From the NCBI GenBank assembly GCA_949448405.1, contig CASTFX010000001.1, positions 1 to 42,037 of the forward strand: DNA of 42,037 nucleotides, written 5' to 3'. Below the pieces are notes generated by a model that worked only from the letters and a program-made list of their open reading frames with translations, was not told where the DNA came from and made no database searches. Position numbers and translations under genes: made by a program. The stretch is from an uncultured Clostridia bacterium (GTDB lineage Bacteria; Bacillota; Clostridia; TANB77; CAG-508). Of this stretch, positions 9,028-18,112 are shown piece after piece (within the stretch, counting starts at the first letter, position 1; every line of letters starts with the position of its first letter).

Positions 9028-9255
9028 ATGATAAAAGTACCAGAAAATATAAAGAAAGCAATAAGAGATTGTGCAGAATTTGAAAATAAAGCAAAAATGA
9101 ATGAAAGAATAATTTATAGATGGCTTGAACAAATAAAACTAACTGAAGAAACTTGTACAGATACAAACAGAAATATGGAAGATGCTTTTATAGATTATTG
9201 TAAAATGACTAATAACCCAGAGGAATTTATAGAAGTAATAGAAAATTTGAGATAG
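9028..9255 (+). CDS. hypothetical protein
   Basis: 75-aa ORF with an SD-like GAGGTAGGAAG. Confidence 0.55.
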   Translation: MIKVPENIKKAIRDCAEFENKAKMNERIIYRWLEQIKLTEETCTDTNRNMEDAFIDYCKMTNNPEEFIEVIENLR

Positions 9256-9269
9256 GAGAAAGTATAAAG

Positions 9270-9566
9270 ATGAAATTTATAATATTAAATTCATACTATA
9301 TGTCAAAAGATAGAGTAATTTTGAAAGAGCCTAAAAGGTGTAGTAGTAAAACAGCCACATTAGGATACTTACTAACAATAAGAACATTTAATGAAAATGA
9401 TGATATTTTAGTATTAAGCGAAGATACAGATAGTGTTCAAATAAGACCAAAAGCAATTTATAAAAATAATAAAGGTTATTACATAAAGGAAGATAATAAA
9501 AGAGTTTACTTAAGTAATGTCGAAGAAATAGAAAATGTAATTAAGGAATTTAAAGAGATTATATAG
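9270..9566 (+). CDS. hypothetical protein
   Basis: 98-aa ORF with a TAGGAGA SD. Confidence 0.55.
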   Translation: MKFIILNSYYMSKDRVILKEPKRCSSKTATLGYLLTIRTFNENDDILVLSEDTDSVQIRPKAIYKNNKGYYIKEDNKRVYLSNVEEIENVIKEFKEII

Positions 9567-9579
9567 GAGAGTGATTTTA

Positions 9580-10263
9580 AGGAAAAAACAATATAAAGAA
9601 ATTTTAGAAACAAAAGATAAGAAAATAGTAGAACAGCAAAAGAAAGAAATGTTAGTAAAAGCAGGAGAGAAAAGCATATTAGAAGAATACAAAAAGGAAT
9701 TACCACAAAAGCTAGAAACTAGATTAAATGAGATAGCAGAGCAATTAAGTGTAAAGGAAGAAGTGCAAGGGCTTAGCACAATAGAAATAAACGAGATATT
9801 AAGACCACATAACTTAATAGGACAACCTTTAAAATACACAGCAGAGGAATTGAACATAGTATTTGAATATTATAGACGAGCAATCGTAGAAATAAACAAA
9901 AAAGTAAAGTATCCACCAAGTAAAGGCAGTTTCTGTGCATTTGCTGACATTTCAACTTGTACATATAACAATTATTTAATGTCGCCAGATGAAAGCATGC
10001 AAGAAACAATAATAAAGATAAATGATTATTTAACAGATACAACACTTACATCAGCACAGTTAAAAGAAATAGATAATATAACAACTATGTTTAGAAGTAA
10101 AGCAGAATTTGGAATGGTGGAAGCTGTAAATCCTATTGTGGTAGAACATAGAAGTGAAGTAGATACAAACAAGATAAGTGCTATGATACAGCAATTAAAA
10201 CAAGGCAAGAGCCTTAAAACGATAGAGTTAGATAAAAAAGATTATAGTGTGGAAGGAGAATAG
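9580..10263 (+). CDS. terminase small subunit-like protein, proposed AGG start
   Basis: PLKYTAEELNIVFEYY...PPSKGSFCAFADISTCTYNNY resembles TerS HTH regions. The track start GTG 9571 abuts the SD GGAGAG (0-1 nt). In-frame AGG 9580 is 8 nt downstream. Confidence 0.45.
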   Translation, partial: RKKQYKEILETKDKKIVEQQKKEMLVKAGEKSILEEYKKELPQKLETRLNEIAEQLSVKEEVQGLSTIEINEILRPHNLIGQPLKYTAEELNIVFEYYRRAIVEINKKVKYPPSKGSFCAFADISTCTYNNYLMSPDESMQETIIKINDYLTDTTLTSAQLKEIDNITTMFRSKAEFGMVEAVNPIVVEHRSEVDTNKISAMIQQLKQGKSLKTIELDKKDYSVEGE

Positions 10264-10265
10264 AG

Positions 10266-10649
10266 ATGTCAAACGAACAAGAAACATTAAAATACTTAAG
10301 TGCAATGGGAGTAATAGACTTTAACAAATTAGGATTTGTGTATGGTAAAGAAACAATTACAGAAGTTCTAAACTTATTAAAAAAGAAAGCTGATAAAATA
10401 AATAAATTAAAAAAACAAAATAAATTAGCTTCAAAAGAACACGAAGAAAGATTTAATGAATTTGAGGCAGAAATAGAAAAGAAAGATAAGATAATAGATT
10501 TAATGAGCAGATACATTTATAAACGAGAAGATAGTACTGTAAATATAGGAAGAATATATTGCCCAGAGAAAGACTGTGATGATATTAATAGAGAAGTTAA
10601 TTGCGATACCTGTATAAAACAATACTTTGAAAGAAAAGTGGAGGGGTGA
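10266..10649 (+). CDS. hypothetical protein
   Basis: 127-aa ORF with a GGAAGGAGA SD. Confidence 0.55.
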   Translation: MSNEQETLKYLSAMGVIDFNKLGFVYGKETITEVLNLLKKKADKINKLKKQNKLASKEHEERFNEFEAEIEKKDKIIDLMSRYIYKREDSTVNIGRIYCPEKDCDDINREVNCDTCIKQYFERKVEG

Positions 10650-10657
10650 TAGAAGAG

Positions 10658-10838
10658 ATGTTAAAAATAAAAGATAGTGTAGATTTGAAAGAATTAGATT
10701 GGAGACAGAACATTAGTTAAGCAATTACAAGATAGGAGAGGTAGAGGTATTACAGTAGATGAAATGCTAGAAAATATACAAGAAATAAAGAATATGACAT
10801 ATAGGGAATTTAAAGAAAAGATATTAGGAAAGGAATAA
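10658..10838 (+). pseudogene. two short out-of-phase ORF fragments (gene remnant?)
   Basis: MLKIKDSVDLKELDWRQNIS* (frame 2) is followed by frame 0, open 10698-10838 (...RGRGITVDEMLENIQEIK...). There is no CGG at the junction. Confidence 0.3.
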
Positions 10839-10843
10839 TACAA

Positions 10844-11431
10844 ATGAGCAAATGTAAATTTTGTGGAGAGGAAATAAATCAGCCTAAAAGAGGCAGAAAA
10901 AGAGAATATTGCAATAAAGAAGAGTGCTTAAGACAAGCTAAAAATGAAGCTAATAGGAAATGGTATGCTAATAAAATGAATAAGGAATTAGCAGGAGTAA
11001 AGCATAGAATAGTAAATAAAGAAGAAAAGAAAATACTTTACTCTAGTACAGACAAAGTAATGAATGTTACAGTAAAAGAGGATTTTTCAAGCATAACAGA
11101 AATTGCACGAGAATTAGGAGCAATAAAATTTAAAATAGACGAAGAATTAAAAAAGCTATCTCCAGAACAAAGTAAATTTGATAAACAAGACCAAATATTT
11201 CTACACAATATAGAAGAACTTATAAAACAAGAAGAAATAACAGAAGAAGATGTATTGAAAGTGTTTAGAGAATATTTGGACAAAAGACCTAACAGAAGGG
11301 TAGTAAAAGATAAACAAGAAATGCTAATGAGATTAAAGCAAGGAATAATTAAAAATCCTAATCAATACATATATGAGTTTATAAAGAATAGAGATAATAG
11401 GCATTATCATTTGAAGGAGGTAAAAGAATGA
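10844..11431 (+). CDS. zinc-ribbon-containing protein
   Basis: N-terminus has CKFCGEEI...YCNKEEC. Confidence 0.55.
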   Translation: MSKCKFCGEEINQPKRGRKREYCNKEECLRQAKNEANRKWYANKMNKELAGVKHRIVNKEEKKILYSSTDKVMNVTVKEDFSSITEIARELGAIKFKIDEELKKLSPEQSKFDKQDQIFLHNIEELIKQEEITEEDVLKVFREYLDKRPNRRVVKDKQEMLMRLKQGIIKNPNQYIYEFIKNRDNRHYHLKEVKE

Positions 11432-11910
11432 GGGTACAAAAATACTTAAATTTGACAAATGGATTAGAATACTTAAATGAAGTAGGAGAATATAAAGTAA
11501 TAAGAATACAAAGCACACTATGCGAAGCAAAATGTTGGGATAAGTTAGTAAATGATTTAGATTATAACTTTTTATTAGATTTAGCACAAGGAAATACAGT
11601 AGAAATATATGATACAAGTAGTAAAAAGAATATGTCAAGGGCTTTATATCAAGGTGTAGAATTTATTCGATATGTACTACTTAGAAGATGGTTTGATAGT
11701 AAGCCATATGAAATACCAGCTATTGTGAATGGACATAATGTAACAGAATATTTTGAAACAGAATATAAAAAATTAAGTAAGGATACAAAGAAGAAACTTG
11801 ACTATATTAAGAAGTTTGTTACAGGTCATGGAATATATATAAAACGAATTTGTAAGAAGTCGTTTTATGATGGAAAGTATGAATACTTTAGAGAATCATT
11901 AATTAGTTAA
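11428..11910 (+). CDS. hypothetical protein
   Basis: 160-aa ORF with an AAGGAGGT SD. Confidence 0.55.
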   Translation: MRVQKYLNLTNGLEYLNEVGEYKVIRIQSTLCEAKCWDKLVNDLDYNFLLDLAQGNTVEIYDTSSKKNMSRALYQGVEFIRYVLLRRWFDSKPYEIPAIVNGHNVTEYFETEYKKLSKDTKKKLDYIKKFVTGHGIYIKRICKKSFYDGKYEYFRESLIS

Positions 11911-11940
11911 AATAAAAGAAGATTTTGAGTAGGAGGGAAT

Positions 11941-12129
11941 ATGGAAGAAATAGAAGAATTGTGTGAAGAAGATTATGAAACAGAAGAAAAGACAGAAACA
12001 GACTTATATTGGACTTGCAAATACTGTGGAACAGATAATGCAGAATATAATATAGAATATGAAAAAGAAATAATTTGTACTTGTGAGAAATGTGGTAAAA
12101 AGTATTCTGTATGGTATTGTCCATACTAG
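11941..12129 (+). CDS. small zinc-ribbon protein
   Basis: Contains CKYCG...CTCEKCG. SD is GGAGGGA. Confidence 0.5.
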   Translation: MEEIEELCEEDYETEEKTETDLYWTCKYCGTDNAEYNIEYEKEIICTCEKCGKKYSVWYCPY

Positions 12130-12143
12130 AAAGAGGTGTAACA

Positions 12144-12554
12144 ATGAAAAAGAAAGAAATAGAAGAAGCGAAAGAATATTTAAAAGAAACAATACAAAAT
12201 ACTTATGCAGAAGGCAAAGCAATTAAATTAAATAATCTATTACAATACATAGAACAACTAGAAAACAAAGTAAAAGAATTAGAAAAAGAAAATACAGATA
12301 TAAAAGAAGTGTATATTAGAACAGCAAAACATCTTGATAAAAAAGGAATGCTTGAATTGTCTGAATATCTATTAGCACAAATAGAAGCAACACCAACATT
12401 TACTACTTGGGAAGAATACACAACTTGGGTAAATAAACAAGTAATAAGAGATAAAATAAAAAGGATTGAAAATGAAACTTGGTATATTGGTGATGGATAT
12501 AGTGCAAAGGAAGCTTGCATAGATGAATTACAAGAACTACTAGAAGAAAAATAG
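12144..12554 (+). CDS. hypothetical coiled-coil protein
   Basis: ATG at 12144 follows AGAGGTG. Confidence 0.55.
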   Translation: MKKKEIEEAKEYLKETIQNTYAEGKAIKLNNLLQYIEQLENKVKELEKENTDIKEVYIRTAKHLDKKGMLELSEYLLAQIEATPTFTTWEEYTTWVNKQVIRDKIKRIENETWYIGDGYSAKEACIDELQELLEEK

Positions 12555-12577
12555 ATATTATAAGGAGAAAAAGAACA

Positions 12578-12937
12578 ATGATAATTAGTAAAGAACAATT
12601 TTGTAAAATTATTCAAAGATTAAGAGATTATAACGATTTACAAGATAAAATACAAGACTTATTTAGAGAGAATATAGATAATCAAGAAATGGACTTTATG
12701 AATGCAGGAAGTATATGCGTAGGACACGAAACAATAGTAGTACAGTTATTAGAAAATATGTTTAATGATAAAGATACATTAAGTTGGTGGTTGTATGAAC
12801 TTGATTATGGAAGAAAATATAAAAAAGGTTGTTTTACAGATGAAAAGGGTAAAGAAATAGACATATCAACAGCTAGTTATTTGTACAATTATTTATTTAC
12901 ACAAAATTTAGAAAAGGAAAGAGAGGAAAACAAGTGA
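12578..12937 (+). CDS. hypothetical protein
   Basis: 119-aa ORF with an AAGGAGA SD. Confidence 0.55.
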   Translation: MIISKEQFCKIIQRLRDYNDLQDKIQDLFRENIDNQEMDFMNAGSICVGHETIVVQLLENMFNDKDTLSWWLYELDYGRKYKKGCFTDEKGKEIDISTASYLYNYLFTQNLEKEREENK

Positions 12938-14157
12938 AAGATTTAAAAATATTTACAAATAACATAGAACAAGAAGCAGTAGAGCAAATAGATTTATTAT
13001 TACAACAAGAACCTTTTAGAAATTGCAAAGTAAGAATAATGCCAGATGTACATGCAGGAAAAGGCTGTGTAATAGGTTTTACAGCAGACTTAGGTAATAA
13101 AGTAATACCTAATATAGTTGGAGTAGATATTGGGTGTGGTATGCTATGTGTTGAATTAGGCAAGATAGATTTAGATTTACAAAAACTAGATGAAGTAATA
13201 AATAATTGCATACCAGCAGGAAGAAACATAAGAGAACATAAACTATTAGATTTTGAACAAATAAACGAATTATATTGTCTAAGAGAACTAAAAGAAACAA
13301 AGAAATTCAATAGAGCAATAGGCACATTAGGTGGAGGAAATCATTTTATAGAAGTAGACGTAGATGATAAAGGTAATAAATATTTAGTAATTCATACAGG
13401 TAGTAGAAATTTAGGAAAACAAGTAGCAGACTATTATCAGAATTTAGCAATAGAACTATGCTCTGGAAAAGAAGAAATGTATCAGAAGAAAGAAGAAATA
13501 ATCAAAACTTATAAAGAACAAGGAAGAAAAGCAGAAATACAGAAAGCATTAAAAGAACTAGAAAAAGAATATAAAAACAATAAGCCTAATTTACCAAACG
13601 AATTATGTTTTTTAGAAGGTAAATATAGAGAAATGTATTTACACGATATGAGAATATGCCAAAGATATGCTAGTTTAAATAGGTTACACATAGCAAAGAT
13701 GATTTTAATTGAATATTTTACAATGACATATATATCAGATATGTATCCACCAATTATGCAAAATAGTTTTGAAACAATACACAATTATATATCATTTGAA
13801 GATAATATAGTTCGTAAAGGTGCTATATCAGCTAAAAAGGGAGAAAAAGTTTTAATTCCTATAAATATGAGAGATGGCTCAATAATAGCAATAGGTAAGG
13901 GAAATGAAGACTGGAACCAGTCAGCACCTCATGGGGCAGGAAGAATAATGTCAAGACATAAGGCAAAGGAAATATTTAAGCTAGAAGAATTTAAAGAAAG
14001 CATGAAAGATGTTTATACAACAAGTGTAGTAGAAGAAACCATAGATGAAGCACCATTTGTTTATAAGCCAATACAAGAAATAATAGATAATATACAAGAT
14101 ACAGTAGAAATACAAAAAATAATAAAGCCTATATATAATTTTAAGGCAAAAAACTAG
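12934..14157 (+). CDS. rtcB: RtcB-family RNA ligase (3'-phosphate/5'-OH)
   Basis: Carries the RtcB motifs MPDVHAGKGCVIG, GVDIGCGM, GGGNHFIE, HTGSRNLG and APHGAGR. Confidence 0.85.
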   Translation: MKDLKIFTNNIEQEAVEQIDLLLQQEPFRNCKVRIMPDVHAGKGCVIGFTADLGNKVIPNIVGVDIGCGMLCVELGKIDLDLQKLDEVINNCIPAGRNIREHKLLDFEQINELYCLRELKETKKFNRAIGTLGGGNHFIEVDVDDKGNKYLVIHTGSRNLGKQVADYYQNLAIELCSGKEEMYQKKEEIIKTYKEQGRKAEIQKALKELEKEYKNNKPNLPNELCFLEGKYREMYLHDMRICQRYASLNRLHIAKMILIEYFTMTYISDMYPPIMQNSFETIHNYISFEDNIVRKGAISAKKGEKVLIPINMRDGSIIAIGKGNEDWNQSAPHGAGRIMSRHKAKEIFKLEEFKESMKDVYTTSVVEETIDEAPFVYKPIQEIIDNIQDTVEIQKIIKPIYNFKAKN

Positions 14158-14170
14158 GAGGAAAAAGAAT

Positions 14171-14383
14171 ATGAAGATAAATAAATGTTATGCAGTAATA
14201 GACAAAGAAACAGGAGAATATTTAAGATGTTCTTATAAATATCCAATACCATTTTATAGAACACAGAGAGAAGCAGAGAATGCACTAAAAGGCTTTAAAG
14301 CACATTATATAACTAACGAAAAAGGCTATCAAATAGAAGAAATAATATTACCTAAAATAAATAGAGTAGTTTGGGAGGGATAA
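14171..14383 (+). CDS. hypothetical protein
   Basis: 70-aa ORF with a GGAGGA SD. Confidence 0.5.
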   Translation: MKINKCYAVIDKETGEYLRCSYKYPIPFYRTQREAENALKGFKAHYITNEKGYQIEEIILPKINRVVWEG

Positions 14384-14390
14384 ATTTAAA

Positions 14391-14729
14391 ATGTCAATTA
14401 GTATAGATTTAAAAGAAGTAAATTACAATGAATTTGTTAATAAGTTAATGGAAAATGAGAAGATAAACGATAAAGAATTACTAGAAAAGATAATATTAGA
14501 ATTTGGAAACAAAATAGGAGAAGATTTAGTTATATTGCACAATGAATATTATGAAGATGGAATTTGCACTTGGAATATGTGTAATATGATAGAAGAAGTA
14601 TTTGGATTAGAAAATGAAGATTATATATATGATATATATACAGATTTAAGTAAAGATTTAATTAGTTATAAAGAAAAAGAAGAAGCATACGAAAATTTAG
14701 GAATAGAAAGGAAGATAAACAATGAGTAA
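14391..14729 (+). CDS. hypothetical acidic protein
   Basis: 112-aa ORF with a GGGAGGGA SD. Confidence 0.5.
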   Translation: MSISIDLKEVNYNEFVNKLMENEKINDKELLEKIILEFGNKIGEDLVILHNEYYEDGICTWNMCNMIEEVFGLENEDYIYDIYTDLSKDLISYKEKEEAYENLGIERKINNE

Positions 14730-14970
14730 AAAGAAAGTAGAAAAAGAATTAGAAGTAAAGGAAAAAGAAAAAATATTTATAAACATTAAGAAACTAAAAT
14801 GTGATTATACTACATACAAAGAAGAAAGGACACAACACAATATGCTAGTTGAAACAAATTGTAGTAAATGTGGAAAAAGTTTTGAAGCTGGAGAAGAAAT
14901 ATATACAGCATTTGAAGAAGGAAAGCAAGGTAGTTGTATAATTTGTGAAAATTGTGCAAAGGGGGAATAG
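14722..14970 (+). CDS. small zinc-ribbon protein
   Basis: Contains CSKCG...CIICENC. Confidence 0.5.
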   Translation: MSKKKVEKELEVKEKEKIFINIKKLKCDYTTYKEERTQHNMLVETNCSKCGKSFEAGEEIYTAFEEGKQGSCIICENCAKGE

Positions 14971-14972
14971 AT

Positions 14973-15194
14973 ATGTCAAAAGCAGATGAGATGTTTGATA
15001 AATTAGGATATAAAATACGAGATAATGATTGTTATTTAGAGTATCGTAAAGATAGCGAAAATATAATTTATTTTCATAATAACAACCAAACATTTATTAA
15101 GATAGGCAAATATGAAGGCATGTGTGATGATATAACAATGCAAGAACTGCAAGCAATAAATGAAAAATGCAAAGAGTTAGGGTGGTTACAATAG
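14973..15194 (+). CDS. hypothetical protein
   Basis: ATG at 14973 follows GGGGGA. Confidence 0.5.
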   Translation: MSKADEMFDKLGYKIRDNDCYLEYRKDSENIIYFHNNNQTFIKIGKYEGMCDDITMQELQAINEKCKELGWLQ

Positions 15195-15409
15195 AAAAAG
15201 ATTTGCGTTTGTCATTTTTTCGCAAAGTCGGAAGAAGATTTTTAGTTTGCTTTTTTCAAAAAGCCATCAAAAGATTTCAGACCAGCATTTTTAGTCAAAA
15301 AATATATAATTATTTGTAGAATTTTAGAAAAATAAAAAATGATAAAAATTAGCTTGAAAATCTATTAAATAGACATGCTTTTAAAGCACTTTAATATCGA
15401 AGACAACAA

Positions 15410-15482
15410 GGTATATGGCTAAAATATAAAATGGCTTAGAATGGAATATAAAAACGAATAAGGGTATATGCTAAAATATAAT
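15410..15482. repeat. direct repeat GGTATATG(G)CTAAAATATAA, two copies
   Basis: Copies lie at about 15410-15430 and 15463-15482, in the non-coding gap beside the recombinase gene. Confidence 0.4.
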
Positions 15483-15500
15483 AAATAAATGAATAATAAA

Positions 15501-15529
15501 ATAAAAAATAGAGGTTCAAAGCCTCTATT
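15501..15529 (-). terminator. intrinsic terminator after the recombinase gene
   Basis: AATAGAGG/CCTCTATT stem (8 bp, 7-nt loop) starts right after the stop codon. A T-run follows on the - strand. Confidence 0.6.
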
Positions 15530-16297
15530 TTATGCTACATTTACAATATTATTAACTTTATTATATAATGCTTTACTTATTATTTGCTTGTGTGTTCCTT
15601 TTTTACCTGTATTGTGGAAATTATTAAATCCACAATATAATTGATTTTGAATTATTGTTTTAATACTGGAAGCATGGAACATATTACCTTTTTTACCTTT
15701 GTAGCCTTTATCATTGCATATTTTAGCCGTTTGATAGTAGTTTTTAGTTTTGTTATATGTTTCAAATATAAACTTTACTATTTGACTTTCTTTTTCATTT
15801 ATAACTAGCTTTTTGTTGATTATGTCATAACCTAGCACGGCTTTTGCTGTAACACGACCGCTTTCAAACTCTTGTTTTTTAGCCATTTTTACATATTCGC
15901 TTATATTATCACGTTCGATTTCTGCACATATTGAGATAATATATATAAGCAATTTGCCTGTTACTTGTTCCGTGTCTATATTTTCTTTTAAACTTATAAA
16001 TCTTGTATTTGTTTTTTGAAATTTATCAAGCATATTTGACATATCTTTTACACTTCTTGAGATTCTTGAAAGTTTATAACATAAAACTACATCATAATTT
16101 TGCAGGTTATTTAATAATCGTTGTAGTTCTTTTCGTTTGTTTATGCTTTTTCCAGATATTCCAACGTCCTCAAAAATCTCATATTCATAATTATTTTTAT
16201 TACAATATTCTATTAATTCAGCTTTTTGGGCGTCTAGCGAAACGCCCTTTACTGCTTGCATTTGTGTCGATACTCTTGTATATATTGCTACTTTCAT
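15530..16297 (-). CDS. serine recombinase (resolvase catalytic domain plus recombinase domain, short form, 255 aa)
   Basis: Starts MKVAIYTRVSTQMQ with the catalytic Ser motif. Also has SGKS..R..LQ.LL and LSRISRS. It lacks the long zinc-ribbon/coiled-coil tail of large serine integrases. Confidence 0.8.
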   Translation of the reverse strand: MKVAIYTRVSTQMQAVKGVSLDAQKAELIEYCNKNNYEYEIFEDVGISGKSINKRKELQRLLNNLQNYDVVLCYKLSRISRSVKDMSNMLDKFQKTNTRFISLKENIDTEQVTGKLLIYIISICAEIERDNISEYVKMAKKQEFESGRVTAKAVLGYDIINKKLVINEKESQIVKFIFETYNKTKNYYQTAKICNDKGYKGKKGNMFHASSIKTIIQNQLYCGFNNFHNTGKKGTHKQIISKALYNKVNNIVNVA

Positions 16298-16298
16298 A

Positions 16299-16559
16299 TT
16301 AAGACACCCCCAATATTTTTATTTTTTCTATTTCTTGTTGTATTTCCTCATCTGCTTTTTGTCTTTTCTTTTCTTCGTATTCTTTTATTTTTGTTTCTAG
16401 TGCATCAAGTATTTTGTCGTAATCTTCTTCAGATAATATTTTAGTTTGTGTAAAAATAAATGTATTCATTGATTTTTTGCCACTTAACTTATATTTACGA
16501 AAAGCTAGTGTTATAATTTCTGTTATTGATATTGTTTTAACTTCTTTCATTTTTATCAC
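16299..16559 (-). CDS. small protein, paralog of the N-terminus of the 18459-18914 product
   Basis: ITEIITLAFRKYKLSGKKSMNTFIF matches INEIVRLAFWKYRLSGKRSMNTYIF. Its stop lies 1 nt before the recombinase start. Confidence 0.5.
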   Translation of the reverse strand: MIKMKEVKTISITEIITLAFRKYKLSGKKSMNTFIFTQTKILSEEDYDKILDALETKIKEYEEKKRQKADEEIQQEIEKIKILGVS

Positions 16560-16562
16560 CTT

Positions 16563-17246
16563 TTAAACCTTTTTAAAGATATTCTTTCTTTCGTTGTATT
16601 CTTCTTGCAAAATGTTTATTGTATCTATCCCATAAAGTTCTTTTAATCTTTCAATTTGATTATTATATATAGTATTTTCTATATATTCACTATATTGAAC
16701 TGTTTTATTATAATTCCAACAAGTATATAAACCTTTAAATTTTGTTTGATTCGCATCTTGCCACATTATTTTCATAGGTTCATATGTGTATGCTAATTTT
16801 AAATCGTATAATCTATAGAAGTCATGTTCTTTTGTAAAATTGTCTATATAATCTCTATCATCAATTAAAATGTAATCACTTATATTTTTATTAAATTGTT
16901 GTAATAGTTTTATAATATTTTCTTTTGTATAATCTAATTCATAATAACCTTTTTGAAATTTTGCAAAATCTTTTGAATAATTTTTGTAATAATCTTCTGG
17001 AATATCTACCCTAAAACAACTGTCTAAAACAATATAATTCTCATTTGGATACTTTTGTAAATATTCCTTTGTACTTAAACTTTGTACATAATTTTTAGAT
17101 ATTCTATGACCTTGCAATATTTCAATAAGTAAATACTTATTATCATCTGTTTCTATAATTGTTCTTATTCTATGATTAAGTCCTTTGTTTTCATCTATTT
17201 CCATTCCCATTTTTACAAATTTTATTACAATATTTTTATTTTCCAT
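16563..17246 (-). CDS. hypothetical protein (227 aa), no recognisable motifs
   Basis: ATG at 17246 lies 8 nt after GGTGG. The track start at 17282 has no SD. Confidence 0.5.
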   Translation of the reverse strand: MENKNIVIKFVKMGMEIDENKGLNHRIRTIIETDDNKYLLIEILQGHRISKNYVQSLSTKEYLQKYPNENYIVLDSCFRVDIPEDYYKNYSKDFAKFQKGYYELDYTKENIIKLLQQFNKNISDYILIDDRDYIDNFTKEHDFYRLYDLKLAYTYEPMKIMWQDANQTKFKGLYTCWNYNKTVQYSEYIENTIYNNQIERLKELYGIDTINILQEEYNERKNIFKKV

Positions 17247-17265
17247 AATTAAAACCACCTTTTTA

Positions 17266-17664
17266 TTATATTTTTTGTGCATTATATTGCATTGCCTTTG
17301 TTAAGAAGTTTAGCCCATTTACAATTAATTCTTGGAAATCGGCGTTTGTAATTACTGTTTGTTGATTACTTTGATTAACTTCTTTTTTTAGTTTTTCATT
17401 TTCTTTTGTTAGAGTATTTATAGTCTTTTTCAATAATTGTACTTGTTTTTCAGCTTCTGTAAGCTTATTTTCTATTTCTTTATTTTTTCTTTGCTCTGCA
17501 AATAATAATTTCTCGTTGTAATCTCTTGCACCTCTTGCCATTGCTAAATCACAGTTTTTTAATATGTTTTTTCCTCTTTCTAGCTTTCTATTTTCTTCCT
17601 TTAATTCCTTAATTGTTGCTTCTAATCCTTTATTTTCTATTTCTAATTTGTTTATATAGTTCAT
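17266..17664 (-). CDS. coiled-coil protein
   Basis: 132-aa heptad-rich ORF with a GAGAGGTAAAAAG SD region. Confidence 0.55.
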   Translation of the reverse strand: MNYINKLEIENKGLEATIKELKEENRKLERGKNILKNCDLAMARGARDYNEKLLFAEQRKNKEIENKLTEAEKQVQLLKKTINTLTKENEKLKKEVNQSNQQTVITNADFQELIVNGLNFLTKAMQYNAQKI

Positions 17665-17701
17665 GACTTTTTACCTCTCTTTTTTAAAAATATTTTTTAG
17701 G

Positions 17702-17738
17702 GGAGGAGGGAAGAAGATTTCCCTTCCTCCATTTTTTT
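17702..17738. terminator. strong GC-rich stem-loop, possible bidirectional terminator
   Basis: GGAGGAGGG...CCCTTCCTCC stem (about 9 bp, 1 bulge). ATTTTTTT follows on the + strand and an interrupted T-run on the - strand. Confidence 0.4.
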
Positions 17739-17769
17739 GAGAGTTTGTGTCAGTTGTGGTATAACTTTT

Positions 17770-17922
17770 TTACCTGTTGCATTTTTTTATAAATCTTCTG
17801 TTAATTAAACTATAACTTGTTAATCTGTATACTATTAGCTGTACTGTCATAAGTATTGTAGATGCTAGTAAGAAGTAGACAGCTATAATAGTTAATGTAA
17901 AAAACAAATCAAGTAGTATCAT
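17770..17922 (-). CDS. 50-aa hydrophobic peptide with a basic C-terminus (toxin- or holin-like), absent from the ORF track
   Basis: GAAAGGAGGA SD lies 8 nt before the ATG. Sequence is MILLDLFFTLTIIAVYFFLLASTILMTVQLIVYRLTSYSLINRRFIKKCNR. Confidence 0.6.
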   Translation of the reverse strand: MILLDLFFTLTIIAVYFLLASTILMTVQLIVYRLTSYSLINRRFIKKCNR

Positions 17923-17962
17923 TTGTTAAATCCTCCTTTCTCGAGTTAACAAAAATTACTAC

Positions 17963-17991
17963 TTGACTTTTTATAAAATCTATTCTATTAT
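17963..17991 (+). promoter_or_regulatory. candidate sigma-A promoter for an antisense RNA
   Basis: TTGACT, 17 nt spacer, TATTAT. Confidence 0.45.
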
Positions 17992-17997
17992 AATAAT

Positions 17998-18082
17998 AGA
18001 GTATTTATAAAAGTTGTTAGACCAAGTTTTTATTAACTCTAGTTGATAGTTAGATATTTGCCGTATCTAGCTATCTTTTTTT
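17998..18082 (+). ncRNA. candidate ~85-nt antisense sRNA opposite the 5' UTR of the peptide mRNA
   Basis: Bounded by the promoter at 17963-17991 and the terminator at 18045-18082. No ORF is present. Confidence 0.4.
18045..18082 (+). terminator. intrinsic terminator (+ strand)
   Basis: 12-bp stem GATAGTTAGATA/TATCTAGCTATC, 7-nt loop, then 7 T. Confidence 0.6.
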
Positions 18083-18112
18083 GTAGAATTAATCAATTCT
18101 TACTATACTTAT

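Noticed and set aside
10658-10838. A possible sixth +1 recoding site joining MLKIKDSVDLKELD... to ...RGRGITVDEMLENIQEIK.
   Set aside because: There is no CGG in the overlap (10698-10717). The two parts are short and look like remnants of different small genes (the N part resembles the start of 7003-7245). A deletion scar is more likely.
13681-13683. Sense-codon reassignment of AGG (for example AGG=Met, as reported in some uncultivated Bacilli) as the explanation for the AGG starts.
   Set aside because: Internal AGG codons fall where Arg is expected (for example the conserved Asn-Arg of RtcB), and AGG is used at ordinary Arg-like positions elsewhere. The anomaly is confined to initiation sites.
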